Assembly (NCBI GenBank): GCA_035712145.1
Contig: DASTBI010000158.1
Location: 74,945-138,944 of the forward strand
Length of the DNA: 64,000 nt
Reading direction: 5' to 3'
Origin: Candidatus Eiseniibacteriota bacterium
GTDB lineage: Bacteria > Eisenbacteria > RBG-16-71-46
Below the pieces are notes generated by a model. The model worked only from the letters and a program-made list of their open reading frames with translations. It made no database searches and had not been told where the DNA came from. Below, piece after piece: positions 48,865 to 58,323 of this stretch. The position numbers and the translations under genes are program-made. The first letter of the stretch is position 1. Each line of letters starts with the position of its first letter.

Positions 48865-49666
48865 CATGCCTGCCCAACCGGATCCATCGGAGCGCCCGGA
48901 AGATCTCGAGACCCGGCCCGAAGCCACGCCCTCTCTTCCCGGGAGGGCCGAGCGTCCGGAATGGCTGGTGGGCTCTGAGGACGTTCTCCAAGCCGATCGA
49001 GACCCCTCGGAGCCCACCCGTCCGACTCTCGCGGAAGCGCCCCCCTCCCAGCCCCGTCCTTTGCGGGTGATCGAAGGCGGCAAGGCTGGCCCGTCCAAGG
49101 GCTGGTCCGGAGCGTCGAGCAGCGTTCCCCGGCTCACGGTGGTCCCCACGGCGGCGCCTCCCGACATCGAGACCGAGGAGGGCGTGATGGCCGCCGACGT
49201 CGGACTCGACTCCGAGCTCCCGCTCGCCGACGAGGCGCCGCTCACGGCTCCCGCGCGATCGGAACCGGTCTTCCAGCCCCTCCAGGAGCCCTGGTATCTC
49301 GTGTGGGGCGAAGCGATCGCCACCCAGCGTCGCATCCAGGTCGGGTTGCTGGTCGTTGCCGCCGCGCTCTCGGCCTACTTCTTCTTGCCGCGGCCCGGCG
49401 AGACCGGCGCTTCGCTGGGCAGCATCCTTCGGCATCCCGAAACCTACGAAGGACGCACGGTCGCGGTCCGCGGCGAAGTGCTCGAGACCTTCGAGGTCGG
49501 CAGCGGCCGCGCGTTCCAGCTGCGTCAGGGTCGGGACGTCGTGGTGGTGTACAGCACGCTGCGCGAGCCTCGGCTGCATGACCGCGTCGAAGTCCGCGGC
49601 ATCGTGAGCACCGGCTACCTCGACGGCAAGCCACGGGTCGCGATCTTCGAAGGCGCCGGGCCCTGA
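48865..49666 (+). CDS. Hypothetical protein: Pro/Glu-rich disordered N-terminus, one TM helix, small C-terminal beta domain
   Basis: ATG 48865. TM segment VGLLVVAAALSAYFFL. No known domain. Confidence 0.45.
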
Positions 49667-49676
49667 GGGGATCCGG

Positions 49677-50630
49677 TCAGGAGATCCGGTAGCGCTGGAT
49701 CTTGCGGTAGAGCGTCCTCAGGCCGATTCCCAGAAGGGCCGCGGATCGTGGCTTGTCGAATCCGGTCTCCTTCAGGGTCGCTTCGATCAATCGGCGCTCG
49801 GCTTCCTCGAGCGACATGCCGACCGTCAACCGCATCTCCTTCGTCTGGCCATCGGCGTCCTTCCATCCGAGCGGAAGATCGGAGAGATCGAGGGTTCGCT
49901 TGCCGCGGGCGGAGACCACCATGCCTTCGAGCGCCGCGCGCAGCTCACGCACGTTCCCCGGCCACGGATGCCGGGCCAGGCGCTCGAGAAGCCCGCGCGT
50001 GAGCCCGCTCACCCGCCGGTGATGGTCCCGGCGGAGCTCGCGGAGGAAGAATTCCACGAGCAGCGGAATGTCCTCGAGCCGCTCGCGCAGCGGCGGCAGA
50101 TGGATGACCACCACGCTCAGCCGCTGGTGGAGATCGCCGCGGAAGCGGCCGTCGCGCACTTCGCCTTCGAGATCGCGCCGTGCGCTCGAGATCACCCGCA
50201 GATCCAGCCGGCGCCGCTGCGTCGAGCCTTGACGCACCACGTCGCGATCGGCGAGGACCTGCAGCAGATGCACCTGGGCCGGCAACGGCATCTCATCGAT
50301 GCCTTTCACGAACAGCGTGCCGGAATCCGCGCGCTCCAGGAGCCCGGGCTGGTCCTGGCCTCCCGGCGACTCCACGCCAAGCAACTCCGTGGCGAGAAGG
50401 TCATGGGGGACAGCCGCTGGGCTCACTTCCACGAAAGGGCCGTCGCGGCGCGGGCTCTGCTGATGGATGACGCGCGCCACGTGGCTCTTGCCCGTTCCGG
50501 CCTCGCCCTGGATCAGGACCGTCGATCGGGTCGGCGCCAGATGACGGATCTGCTCCAGCACGCGCCCCATCGCCGGCGAAGAAGCGATCAAGGCTTCGGA
50601 ACCCGCCTGCCGATCGTGCGTCCTGTGCAT
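49677..50630 (-). CDS. Enhancer-binding-protein-like AAA+ transcriptional regulator (sigma54-interaction-type domain + Fis-type HTH) with degenerate GAFTGA motif and no N-terminal sensor domain
   Basis: Walker A GEAGTGKS, Walker B GTLFVKGIDEM, C-terminal HTH SAALLGIGLRTLYRKIQ. Canonical ELFGHEKGAFTGA is replaced by ELLGVESPGGQDQ. Confidence 0.75.
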   Translation of the reverse strand: MHRTHDRQAGSEALIASSPAMGRVLEQIRHLAPTRSTVLIQGEAGTGKSHVARVIHQQSPRRDGPFVEVSPAAVPHDLLATELLGVESPGGQDQPGLLERADSGTLFVKGIDEMPLPAQVHLLQVLADRDVVRQGSTQRRRLDLRVISSARRDLEGEVRDGRFRGDLHQRLSVVVIHLPPLRERLEDIPLLVEFFLRELRRDHHRRVSGLTRGLLERLARHPWPGNVRELRAALEGMVVSARGKRTLDLSDLPLGWKDADGQTKEMRLTVGMSLEEAERRLIEATLKETGFDKPRSAALLGIGLRTLYRKIQRYRIS

Positions 50631-50659
50631 CGCGAGCGGAGGCGCAGACGCTCAGCCGG

Positions 50660-51139
50660 CTAGGAAGGCCGACGCAGACGCTCGAGCGTTTCGAACACCC
50701 GATCGTTGCTCGGGATCTCGTCGAGATCTGCGCTGACGTCCCGGTAGGCGATCCGCCCTTCGCGGTCGATCAGGAAGAGCGCGCGCTCGGAGTAGAAACG
50801 GTCGGCGATCAGCATTCCGTAGTCGATCGACGTCTGGCGCGACAAGTCGGAGAGCAGCGGAAACGACAGGCCGAGATGCAGGGCGAAGGCCTGGTTGGCG
50901 TAGTAGCTGTCGACGCTGATCCCCAGCACTTCCGTATCGAGCGAATCGAAGCGCTCGAGATCCTTCTGGATCATCGGCAGCTGGTGCGAGCACACCGGCG
51001 AGAACGCGAGCGGGTAGAAGACGAGCAGGACGTTCTTCTTGCGACGGTATTCGGAGAGGGTCACGAATTGGCCGCCGGGTCCCTTGAGCCTGAATTCCGG
51101 AGCGACTTGTCCGACTTCCGTTGATGCCGTGGCCTGCAT
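50660..51139 (-). CDS. Peroxiredoxin (AhpC/TSA / Bcp-like thiol peroxidase)
   Basis: VLLVFYPLAFSPVCSHQLP peroxidatic-Cys region. Confidence 0.8.
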   Translation of the reverse strand: MQATASTEVGQVAPEFRLKGPGGQFVTLSEYRRKKNVLLVFYPLAFSPVCSHQLPMIQKDLERFDSLDTEVLGISVDSYYANQAFALHLGLSFPLLSDLSRQTSIDYGMLIADRFYSERALFLIDREGRIAYRDVSADLDEIPSNDRVFETLERLRRPS

Positions 51140-51175
51140 ACCCACTCCTCGTTGCGGCTCGATCACCGTCCCGGG

Positions 51176-51670
51176 CTACTTGCCGCGCTTGGCGGTGAAT
51201 TCGTCCCAGGTGACGCCACGTTCGAGATGTCCGTCGCCGATGTAGCGCAGGAGGAGCAGGAACTTGTCGGCCTCGATGTAGCCTGGAACGCTCACCAGAT
51301 GCTCGCCATCCGACTTCAGGAACAGCGTCGTGGGATAGCTCGTGATCCGGAAGTGGCTGGCGAGCGTCCGCGACGTGTACGGCCGTCCTTCGTAACGGGC
51401 TCCTTCGGAGGCCTCCGCATCGAGCTTCACGGTGACAAACTTCTGGCTCAGGTAATCGCGGACGTCCTCACGCGAATACACATCGCGATGCATGCGCTTG
51501 CACCAGCCGCACCACTGCGTATAGACGTCGACGAGGACAGGGCGCTTGAGCTGCCGGGCCTGCTGCAGCCCTTCGTCCCAGCTCGTCCACGCGACGTTGT
51601 CCGGACCGGCCTGCAGGGTGGTCGCCGACGAGGCGAGGAGCAGGGCGGAGAGGAGCAGCGGCAGCTTCAC
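51176..51670 (-). CDS. Exported thioredoxin-fold protein (CxxC)
   Basis: GTG start with GGAGGAA RBS. Signal peptide. WCGWCK active site. Confidence 0.7.
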   Translation of the reverse strand: MKLPLLLSALLLASSATTLQAGPDNVAWTSWDEGLQQARQLKRPVLVDVYTQWCGWCKRMHRDVYSREDVRDYLSQKFVTVKLDAEASEGARYEGRPYTSRTLASHFRITSYPTTLFLKSDGEHLVSVPGYIEADKFLLLLRYIGDGHLERGVTWDEFTAKRGK

Positions 51671-51762
51671 GGTTCCTCCGGAGGGAGCGACGGCCAAGAA
51701 GTCTAGCACGAGACCCGCCAGAGCCCCCCCGGCGGCCGGCATTTGACGCGGCGTTGACGGGC

Positions 51763-52602
51763 TCAAGCGTCGTAGACGGTATGGCGCAACGTGGCGGCCG
51801 GAGCCGCAGGATCGAACCACACCCCGCACAATCGGGACGTGCCGAACTGCCCGGGATTGACCACGATGGTCCGTCCCAGGGCATCGCGATAGGAGGACGA
51901 GGTCCGAGGGGACTCGTGGATGTGGCCGGCCAGCACCAGAGGTGGCTGCCGCGCCTCGACGAACCTGCGGATCGCGCGCGAGCCCACGTGGCGTCCCGAG
52001 TGGATGACGTCGCAGCGCGTGCCGTGCGGCGGCGAATGCAGCACGAACACCGTGTCGTCCGCGGGAGCTCGCGTGGCCAGATCCTCCAGCGCCGCCGCGA
52101 TGGTCGGCGTGCGCGTTTCGGGATCGAATCGGCACGGTGTCACGGCGCCGGTGCGGCTCGACCATCCGTCCAGCCGCGCGGGGGTTTCGAATTCGCCATC
52201 ATCCCAGCGCTCCCAGTCCTTGATCGCGAACGGCGTGATCGGAACCCACGACAATCCTGCGACCGGCACGCCGCCGATCTCCACCACCCGTTCGTGGAGC
52301 ACGTGCCATAGACGGCCATGGTGCGTTTCCAGTGACGGCATGTTGGCGGCCCAGTCGTCGTTGCCCATCAGCAGGAGCAGCTCGGTCTCGGGCGAGGCTT
52401 CGTGGAGGCGTCGCGCGAATTCCACCAGCGTCCCCTGCAGGAAAACCCGCTGATGCGCCACGCCTTCGGGGCCCGCGGCATGCTGGCAGAGGTCGCCCCC
52501 GATCAGCACCGCGCGAGGCGTGTGCGCGGCGACCAGCCCCACCAGTTGTTCGTAGAGCGCGCCCTGTCCATGGAGATCGGAAGTGAAGAACCACTGAGAC
52601 AC
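51763..52602 (-). CDS. Metallophosphoesterase (calcineurin-like)
   Basis: FFTSDLHG, GGDL, GNDD, VLHSPPHG, AGHIHE motif series. Confidence 0.75.
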   Translation of the reverse strand: MSQWFFTSDLHGQGALYEQLVGLVAAHTPRAVLIGGDLCQHAAGPEGVAHQRVFLQGTLVEFARRLHEASPETELLLLMGNDDWAANMPSLETHHGRLWHVLHERVVEIGGVPVAGLSWVPITPFAIKDWERWDDGEFETPARLDGWSSRTGAVTPCRFDPETRTPTIAAALEDLATRAPADDTVFVLHSPPHGTRCDVIHSGRHVGSRAIRRFVEARQPPLVLAGHIHESPRTSSSYRDALGRTIVVNPGQFGTSRLCGVWFDPAAPAATLRHTVYDA

Positions 52603-52777
52603 GAGGACCTCGAACCGTCGAAAGAGGATCGACTCTATCCGAGCGTTTTGCAGAGACGCAACAAGCGCGCCGGTTCAGAAAAGCTCTTGACCCGCGCGCA
52701 GAGCGCCACGGATACTTTTCGGCCTTCGCGCCTGGCGGGACGCCAGCCGCCTCTCTTCACGCACCGCAAAGGATCCC

Positions 52778-54025
52778 ATGATGCGCATGCATTGCTCGCC
52801 GGCGGTCGTTCTGGCCCTGCTCGGCGCACTCGCGGCCGCACCCGCGAACTCGGCTCCCGCGAGCCCCGCAAAGACGACGTCCAAAGGCGCCGCGGCGGCG
52901 CCCAAGAATCTGCTCAAGAATCCCGGCTTCGAGGAGGGCATTCCCGAGCACCCGTGGATGGCGGCGGCATGGGACACGTTCCAGTCTGGCCTCCCCACCG
53001 TGTTCTTCGGACGCGACACGGCGCTCGCGCACAGCGGCCGCTGGGCGGTGAGCGTGGCGAATCTCAGCACCTACGTGCCGATGTTCCACAACTGGAGCCA
53101 GACGCTCGTCGTCGGTCGCGAGATGCACGGCAAGGACGTCACCTTCTCGGTGTGGACGCGCAGCAACGGGCTGCAGGGACGCGCCTACATCCTGGTGCAG
53201 GCCTACCGCGACACCGTGACCAAGATGGCGCGCACCTGGAAAGTCGATCGCGAGACCGCGCTCAGCCGTCTCAAGATGCAGAAGTCCGACGATCCGCTGG
53301 TGAACCTCGGCTGGGATCGCGAGTACTTCTCCGAGCCCGAGACGGATTGGGTGAAGCGCGAGGTGCGCATTTTCGTGCCGCCGACCGTGAACGTCCTGGT
53401 CGTGCGCTGCGGCCTGTTCGGAGTCGGCCAGGTGATGTTCGACGACGCGACACTCACGGCTTCTCCCGCGCGACCTCCGGAAGAGCTGCCGCTCAAGACC
53501 AACCTGCTCAGGGACCCCGGATTCGAGGAGAGCGGCGACGCATGGGAATACTCCATGCCTCCCTACGAGGGCTTGATGGTCGAGCGCGACACCACGGTGT
53601 TCCACAGTGGCCGTGGTTCGATGGCCATGGGCGGCGGCGAGCAGGGTCCGGTCTCGGCGCGCGCCGGCGTGTGCCAGGTGATCTCCAACCGCTCGCTGTC
53701 CGGAAAGCGGTTGCGTCTTTCAGGCTGGGTTCGCACGGACAGTCTGCTCGGGCAGGCGTACGTGAAGATCTACTGCTCCACCGTGGACGGTGACGTTCAT
53801 GAGCCGACGCCCGCTCAGTTCGGCATGAACACGGACTGGACCAAGACGGTGATGGAGGTCGACGCGCCGCCCGGTACGTACATGGTGTGGGCATGGTTCC
53901 TCTACAACTGCCCGGCGTCCGGGAGGGTCTATTACGACGACACCTCGCTCGAGATTCTCGGGACCGCCGATTACATCACCAAGGGAACCGCTCCGCCCAA
54001 GGCCCTTCCGCTACCGGCTCGCTGA
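52778..54025 (+). CDS. Secreted protein with two tandem CBM4/9-like (galactose-binding-like) domains
   Basis: Signal peptide. Two ~190-aa repeats each beginning NLL(K/R)(N/D)PGFEE. Confidence 0.5.
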   Translation: MMRMHCSPAVVLALLGALAAAPANSAPASPAKTTSKGAAAAPKNLLKNPGFEEGIPEHPWMAAAWDTFQSGLPTVFFGRDTALAHSGRWAVSVANLSTYVPMFHNWSQTLVVGREMHGKDVTFSVWTRSNGLQGRAYILVQAYRDTVTKMARTWKVDRETALSRLKMQKSDDPLVNLGWDREYFSEPETDWVKREVRIFVPPTVNVLVVRCGLFGVGQVMFDDATLTASPARPPEELPLKTNLLRDPGFEESGDAWEYSMPPYEGLMVERDTTVFHSGRGSMAMGGGEQGPVSARAGVCQVISNRSLSGKRLRLSGWVRTDSLLGQAYVKIYCSTVDGDVHEPTPAQFGMNTDWTKTVMEVDAPPGTYMVWAWFLYNCPASGRVYYDDTSLEILGTADYITKGTAPPKALPLPAR

Positions 54026-54411
54026 CGCGGCCGCCGTCGTGAGGACTCGGGCGTTCCCTTGACAGCCCCTAGCTCCGGGCACATCTTGATCTTGCAGCCG
54101 GGCAGAAAGAACTCCTTGGCAGGGAGCTTTCGGACTCGATCCAAGGATCTCGTCGCTGCAGAGATCTTGTCGGAGACCCGTCGGAGCGGTTTCACGAGCG
54201 AGGTGCACCGCACGACAGGCTCGATGGCCGAGTGGATTGGGGGCTGCAAATCGGGGCGCGAGGACGCTTGCCCAAAGCGGTTCCCTCTCGCGTTCTCCCT
54301 CTGGAGGGATCCCCCCTCCGTCAATCCCCGCATCCCCTGCGGCCGGGTGGAAACGAAGCGACGTCGTGGGGTCTTGATGCCCGCAAAGCGGGGAATCTCA
54401 CGCGGACTGCT

Positions 54412-55365
54412 CTAGAGCCAGCGCTGGCGCTTGAGATACCACCACGTCCCGCCGACCAGCAGGACGAGGAGCCCGAGCACGTAGACCTCGCCGTACTTCC
54501 ATTGGTATGCCGGGAGCTGGAAGTTCATGCCGTAATAGCTCGTCACCACGGTGAGCGGAAGACCGAGCGTGGCGATGACGGTGAGCACCTTGATGACCTG
54601 ATTGAGCCGGTTGGACACCACCGACACGTGCAGCTCCAGCAGCCCCGCGATCTCGTCGCGAAACGAGTCGAGGAGATCGTTGACCCTGGCCAGCCGGTCG
54701 TAGACGTCGCGCAGGTACGGCCGGACTGCGGGCGGAATCGGAGCGTATTCGTCGCGCGTCAGCGCCAGCACGGTGTCGCGCTCAGGACCGACGACGCGGC
54801 GCAGCGCGGCCATGCCCCGCTTCAACCGCAGAATGCGCGGATGGACTGCCCGGTCCGCGGCCCGAAAGACCAGATTCTCCAGCTCGTCGATCTCTTCCGA
54901 GATCTGGTCCATGATCGGCAGGTAGTGATCGACCAGCACGTCGAGCAGATGGTGAAGCATCCCGGCCGGGCCTCTCGCGAGCAGCCCCGGGCGTCGCGGA
55001 AGCAGCTCGTGCGCGGCGGCGATGGAGCGCGTGGAACCATCGTGGTACGTCACCAGGAAGTGCTCTCCCACCAGCAGGTCGATCTCGCGGAGGCTCACCT
55101 TGTCGTTGGATTCCCACCGCGCGGAATGAACGACCAGGTAGAGATAGGAGCCGTAGTCGTCGGCCTTGGGGCGGTTGATCTGCTGGACCATGTCCTCGAT
55201 GGCGAGGGGATGGATCTGCAGCGGGGCGAGCAAGGCCTCGATGGTGGCGGGCTCCTCGCAGTCGAAGTCGAGCCACACCATCGCAGCGCCCGCCGTCGCG
55301 AGCCGCACGGCCTCGGCGGGATCCACGTTCGTCGCGCCGGAATCATCGGCGCGCCAAGCGCGGAT
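54412..55365 (-). CDS. corA: CorA family Mg2+/Co2+ transporter
   Basis: C-terminal two TM helices with YGMNF (GMN) motif. The ORF's long upstream Arg-rich extension is rejected. ATG 55365 overlaps the upstream stop (ATGA). Confidence 0.85.
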   Translation of the reverse strand: MRAWRADDSGATNVDPAEAVRLATAGAAMVWLDFDCEEPATIEALLAPLQIHPLAIEDMVQQINRPKADDYGSYLYLVVHSARWESNDKVSLREIDLLVGEHFLVTYHDGSTRSIAAAHELLPRRPGLLARGPAGMLHHLLDVLVDHYLPIMDQISEEIDELENLVFRAADRAVHPRILRLKRGMAALRRVVGPERDTVLALTRDEYAPIPPAVRPYLRDVYDRLARVNDLLDSFRDEIAGLLELHVSVVSNRLNQVIKVLTVIATLGLPLTVVTSYYGMNFQLPAYQWKYGEVYVLGLLVLLVGGTWWYLKRQRWL

Positions 55366-56279
55366 CATTCCGCGGTTCCGAGCGCGGCGAGACGAAGCGC
55401 GATCTGGCAGGTGCGCGCGTGAATGCGCACCGTATCGGGCACGCGGCGCGCGTAGCCTCCGCCGAGCGTGACCACGGCGGGAATGGCGCGGCGGTGACAT
55501 CCCTCGAGCACCAGCCGGTCTCGGGTCTCGAGCCCCTCGAAGCTGAGCTTCAGCGCGCCGAGCTGATCGTCCTCGAACGGATCGGCTCCCGCCTGGTAGA
55601 GCACGATGTCGGGCCGATGAGCCCACACGGATTCCAGCGCCTCGGCGAGCTGGCGGTTGAACTCCTGGTCGCCGGTTCCGTTCTCCAGCCCGATATCGAG
55701 GTCGCTCTTCTCTTTCACCGGATAGAGGTTCTCCTGATGGATGGAGAAGGTGAACACCGCGGGGTCGTCGCGAAACAGGTGCGCGGTTCCATTGCCTTGA
55801 TGGAGATCGCAATCCACCACGGCCGCGCGCTCGATCAGACCGTCGCGCTGCAGCACCCGGACCGCGACCGCGAGGTCATTGATGTAGCAGAAACCGGAAG
55901 CGAGGGCGGCGAACGCATGATGGAAGCCGCCACCCAGGTTCACGCCGGCGCCGAGCCGCAGCGCTTCGCGAGCGGCGAGCGTGGTCCCTCCCGCCGCCAG
56001 GACGTAGGCGCGCACGATCTCGGCGGTCAGCGGAAGCTCCGAGCAGGCGGTGCGGGTGGTCCACCGCAGGGCCCTGAGATCGTCGAGGTACTCGCGCGTG
56101 TGCACCAGCTCGAGGTCGGCTTCGGGGGCTTCGGCGGGCTCGAGGATGTCTTCCTCGCGGACATCGCCGCTCTCGATCAGGCTGCGCCGCACCCAGGCGA
56201 ATTTCTCCACCGGAAACACGTGGGGTCCGATGTCGCAGTGGTAGGCCGGCGAGTAGACGACGGCCCCATGGTTCGCCAT
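55365..56279 (-). CDS. Histone deacetylase-family (HDAC/AcuC/Apha-like) amidohydrolase
   Basis: GGGFHHA and DCDLHQGNGT motifs of the arginase/deacetylase fold. Alternative start at 56288. Confidence 0.8.
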   Translation of the reverse strand: MANHGAVVYSPAYHCDIGPHVFPVEKFAWVRRSLIESGDVREEDILEPAEAPEADLELVHTREYLDDLRALRWTTRTACSELPLTAEIVRAYVLAAGGTTLAAREALRLGAGVNLGGGFHHAFAALASGFCYINDLAVAVRVLQRDGLIERAAVVDCDLHQGNGTAHLFRDDPAVFTFSIHQENLYPVKEKSDLDIGLENGTGDQEFNRQLAEALESVWAHRPDIVLYQAGADPFEDDQLGALKLSFEGLETRDRLVLEGCHRRAIPAVVTLGGGYARRVPDTVRIHARTCQIALRLAALGTAE

Positions 56280-56365
56280 GCGAGGCATGGTGCCACCCGG
56301 CTCCAGGCGGCGCAAAGGAGCGTGCCCGCGGGCCGCCGGCTCGGGTAGAATCCTCGATCCATCCA

Positions 56366-57597
56366 TGCCTTCCGTCCTCGATTCCGACCTCGTGGCTTTT
56401 CGCTTCCTCCGTCACCAGCTGACCCGGCGTCGCCTCTCGCAGCTCGACCTCCGGCTGAAGATCGAGCTCGCGCTGCTGGCTGCACTGCTGATCGGCTTCG
56501 TGTTCTGGCAGGTGCGCGGCGCCTTCGCCACCGTGGCGGCACAGGGAGGGCAAACCGCCGTACTGGCCGCGCTGACCATCACATGGCTGGTCATGGCCAC
56601 GATTGCCGGAGTGTCCGTGGCGGTCCGGCACGCCCGCCGTCTGCGGTCGGGTCCGCCAGGCCCGGCCTGGCTGTCCGTGCCGGCGAGCGAGCGGGCGCTC
56701 GGGAGGCATCTCGCCTGGGACTCGGGCTTGGCGGCCGGATGGATCGTCGTGCCAGCCGTCGGAGTCTGGAGCGCCGCCTGGGGCTACGTGCACTGGGGGT
56801 GGTCGGTGGGTCTCGTCCCGCTCCTGGCGCTGGCCCTCCTCGCCGCGTGCTGGGCGGGAGGATGGGCCGGCGAGCGCGCGGCGGTCCTCGGAGCGCGCAA
56901 CCGGTCGGTTCCGAGCACGCTCGCGGCGGTGCTCGCGGAGGCCGGAACCGCGACACGCGCTCGGCGCCGGTCCCCCGCGCGGTGGACTTCGCTCCCGGCA
57001 TGGACGGCGCTCTCGCTGAAGGATCTGCGCGTCACGATGCGCGTGGGAAGCGTCCGGCGCCACCTCCTCACCTGGCTCCTCTTCTGGACGTTGTCCGCGT
57101 TCGCGTGGCGAATCCCCTCCCCGCCGCACATGACCGACCTCGACTGGGTCGCCGCCTTCATCCTGGCGCTGCTGGGATCGGCGGCGCTCGGCGAATGGCT
57201 GGTGTCGCTCTCCGGCCTGGATCCATTCCAGACGCTTCGCAGCCTGCCGGTCGGTGTCGCGCAGGTGTGGAGCGCGCGCTTCGCGCTGGCGGTGGTGGCG
57301 ACTGCGGGCCTTCTGACCATCCACGCCATCGGCGCCTCGCATCTCTCGCCGCATGCGCTCCGCCTGTTCCTCGCATGGATCGCGGGCGCGACGCTGGCCA
57401 TCGCGGCGCTCGCCGTGAACTACGGGGTCACGCTGTTCCCGAGAGCCGATGTCGCGCAACGTCTCCTGGGACTCTCGCTCGGGCTGGCGGTGGCGGCGAG
57501 CATCATGATCCCGCTGCTGGGCTGGATCGTGCTCCTTTCGGCGGTGCTTCACTCCGCGCGCCGGCTGCCGCACTGGTCGAGACTCGAGGAGGTCTGA
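56366..57597 (+). CDS. Polytopic Trp/Ala-rich membrane protein, putative permease partner of the downstream ABC ATPase
   Basis: ~10 predicted hydrophobic helices. Stop overlaps the downstream ABC ATPase start (TGATG). Confidence 0.5.
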
Positions 57598-58322
57598 TGC
57601 TCGCGATTCGCGATGTCACCCGGCGCTATGGAGACCTGGTCGCGCTCCACCAGGTCTCTTTCGACGTCCATCCCGGCGAGGTCGTCGGGTTGCTCGGCGC
57701 CAACGGAGCGGGCAAGAGCACGCTGCTCAGAACGGCCGCGGGTCTTCAACCTCCCGATCAAGGTCTCGTGGAGGTCGAAGGGATCGACGTCTGGAACGAA
57801 CCCCAGGAGGCGAAGCGCCGCCTGGGCTATGCCGCGGAGGAACCCAGTTTCTATGAAGAGCTGTCGGCGGACGAATACCTCGCTTTCATCGCCATGCTGC
57901 GCAAGCTCGATCCGAGCGCCGCTCGGCGCCGCGCGCACGAGCTCCTCGACCGTCTCGGACTCAAGGGACGAATCGACGAGCCCGTTCATCAGTTCTCGCA
58001 TGGCATGCGCAAGAAGCTGTCGTTCGTGGCCGCCGTGCTCCATCGCCCCGCCGTCCTCCTGTGCGACGAAGCGCTCGACGGATTCGATGCCGCCGGAGCT
58101 CTCGAGGCCAAGGCCGAGCTCCGTGCTCTGGCGGCCGACCGCGCCGCGGTGCTGTTCTCCAGCCACGTCACCGAGACCATCGAGCGGCTCTGCGACCGCG
58201 CGGTCCTGCTCCACGCCGGCCGCGTGGCCCGCCAGCTCCCCCGCGCCGCGTGGGGCGACCCCGCGCCCGGGCCTTCTCCGCTGGAGCGGGAATTCCTCGC
58301 CGTGGCGGGAGTGGAGCGCTGA
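57597..58322 (+). CDS. ABC transporter ATP-binding protein
   Basis: Walker A GANGAGKST, signature FSHGMRKK, Walker B LLCDEALDG. Confidence 0.8.
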   Translation: MLAIRDVTRRYGDLVALHQVSFDVHPGEVVGLLGANGAGKSTLLRTAAGLQPPDQGLVEVEGIDVWNEPQEAKRRLGYAAEEPSFYEELSADEYLAFIAMLRKLDPSAARRRAHELLDRLGLKGRIDEPVHQFSHGMRKKLSFVAAVLHRPAVLLCDEALDGFDAAGALEAKAELRALAADRAAVLFSSHVTETIERLCDRAVLLHAGRVARQLPRAAWGDPAPGPSPLEREFLAVAGVER

Positions 58323-58323
58323 G

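Noticed and set aside
48530-48865. Search for a CIRCE (HrcA) operator upstream of groES
   Set aside because: No TTAGCACTC/GAGTGCTAA half-sites were found. Absence is reported as a finding rather than annotated as a feature.
55366-55812. Arg-rich 149-aa upstream extension of the corA ORF
   Set aside because: It overlaps the deacetylase gene in another frame. CorA homology begins at MIRAWR with an ATGA overlap to the upstream stop.
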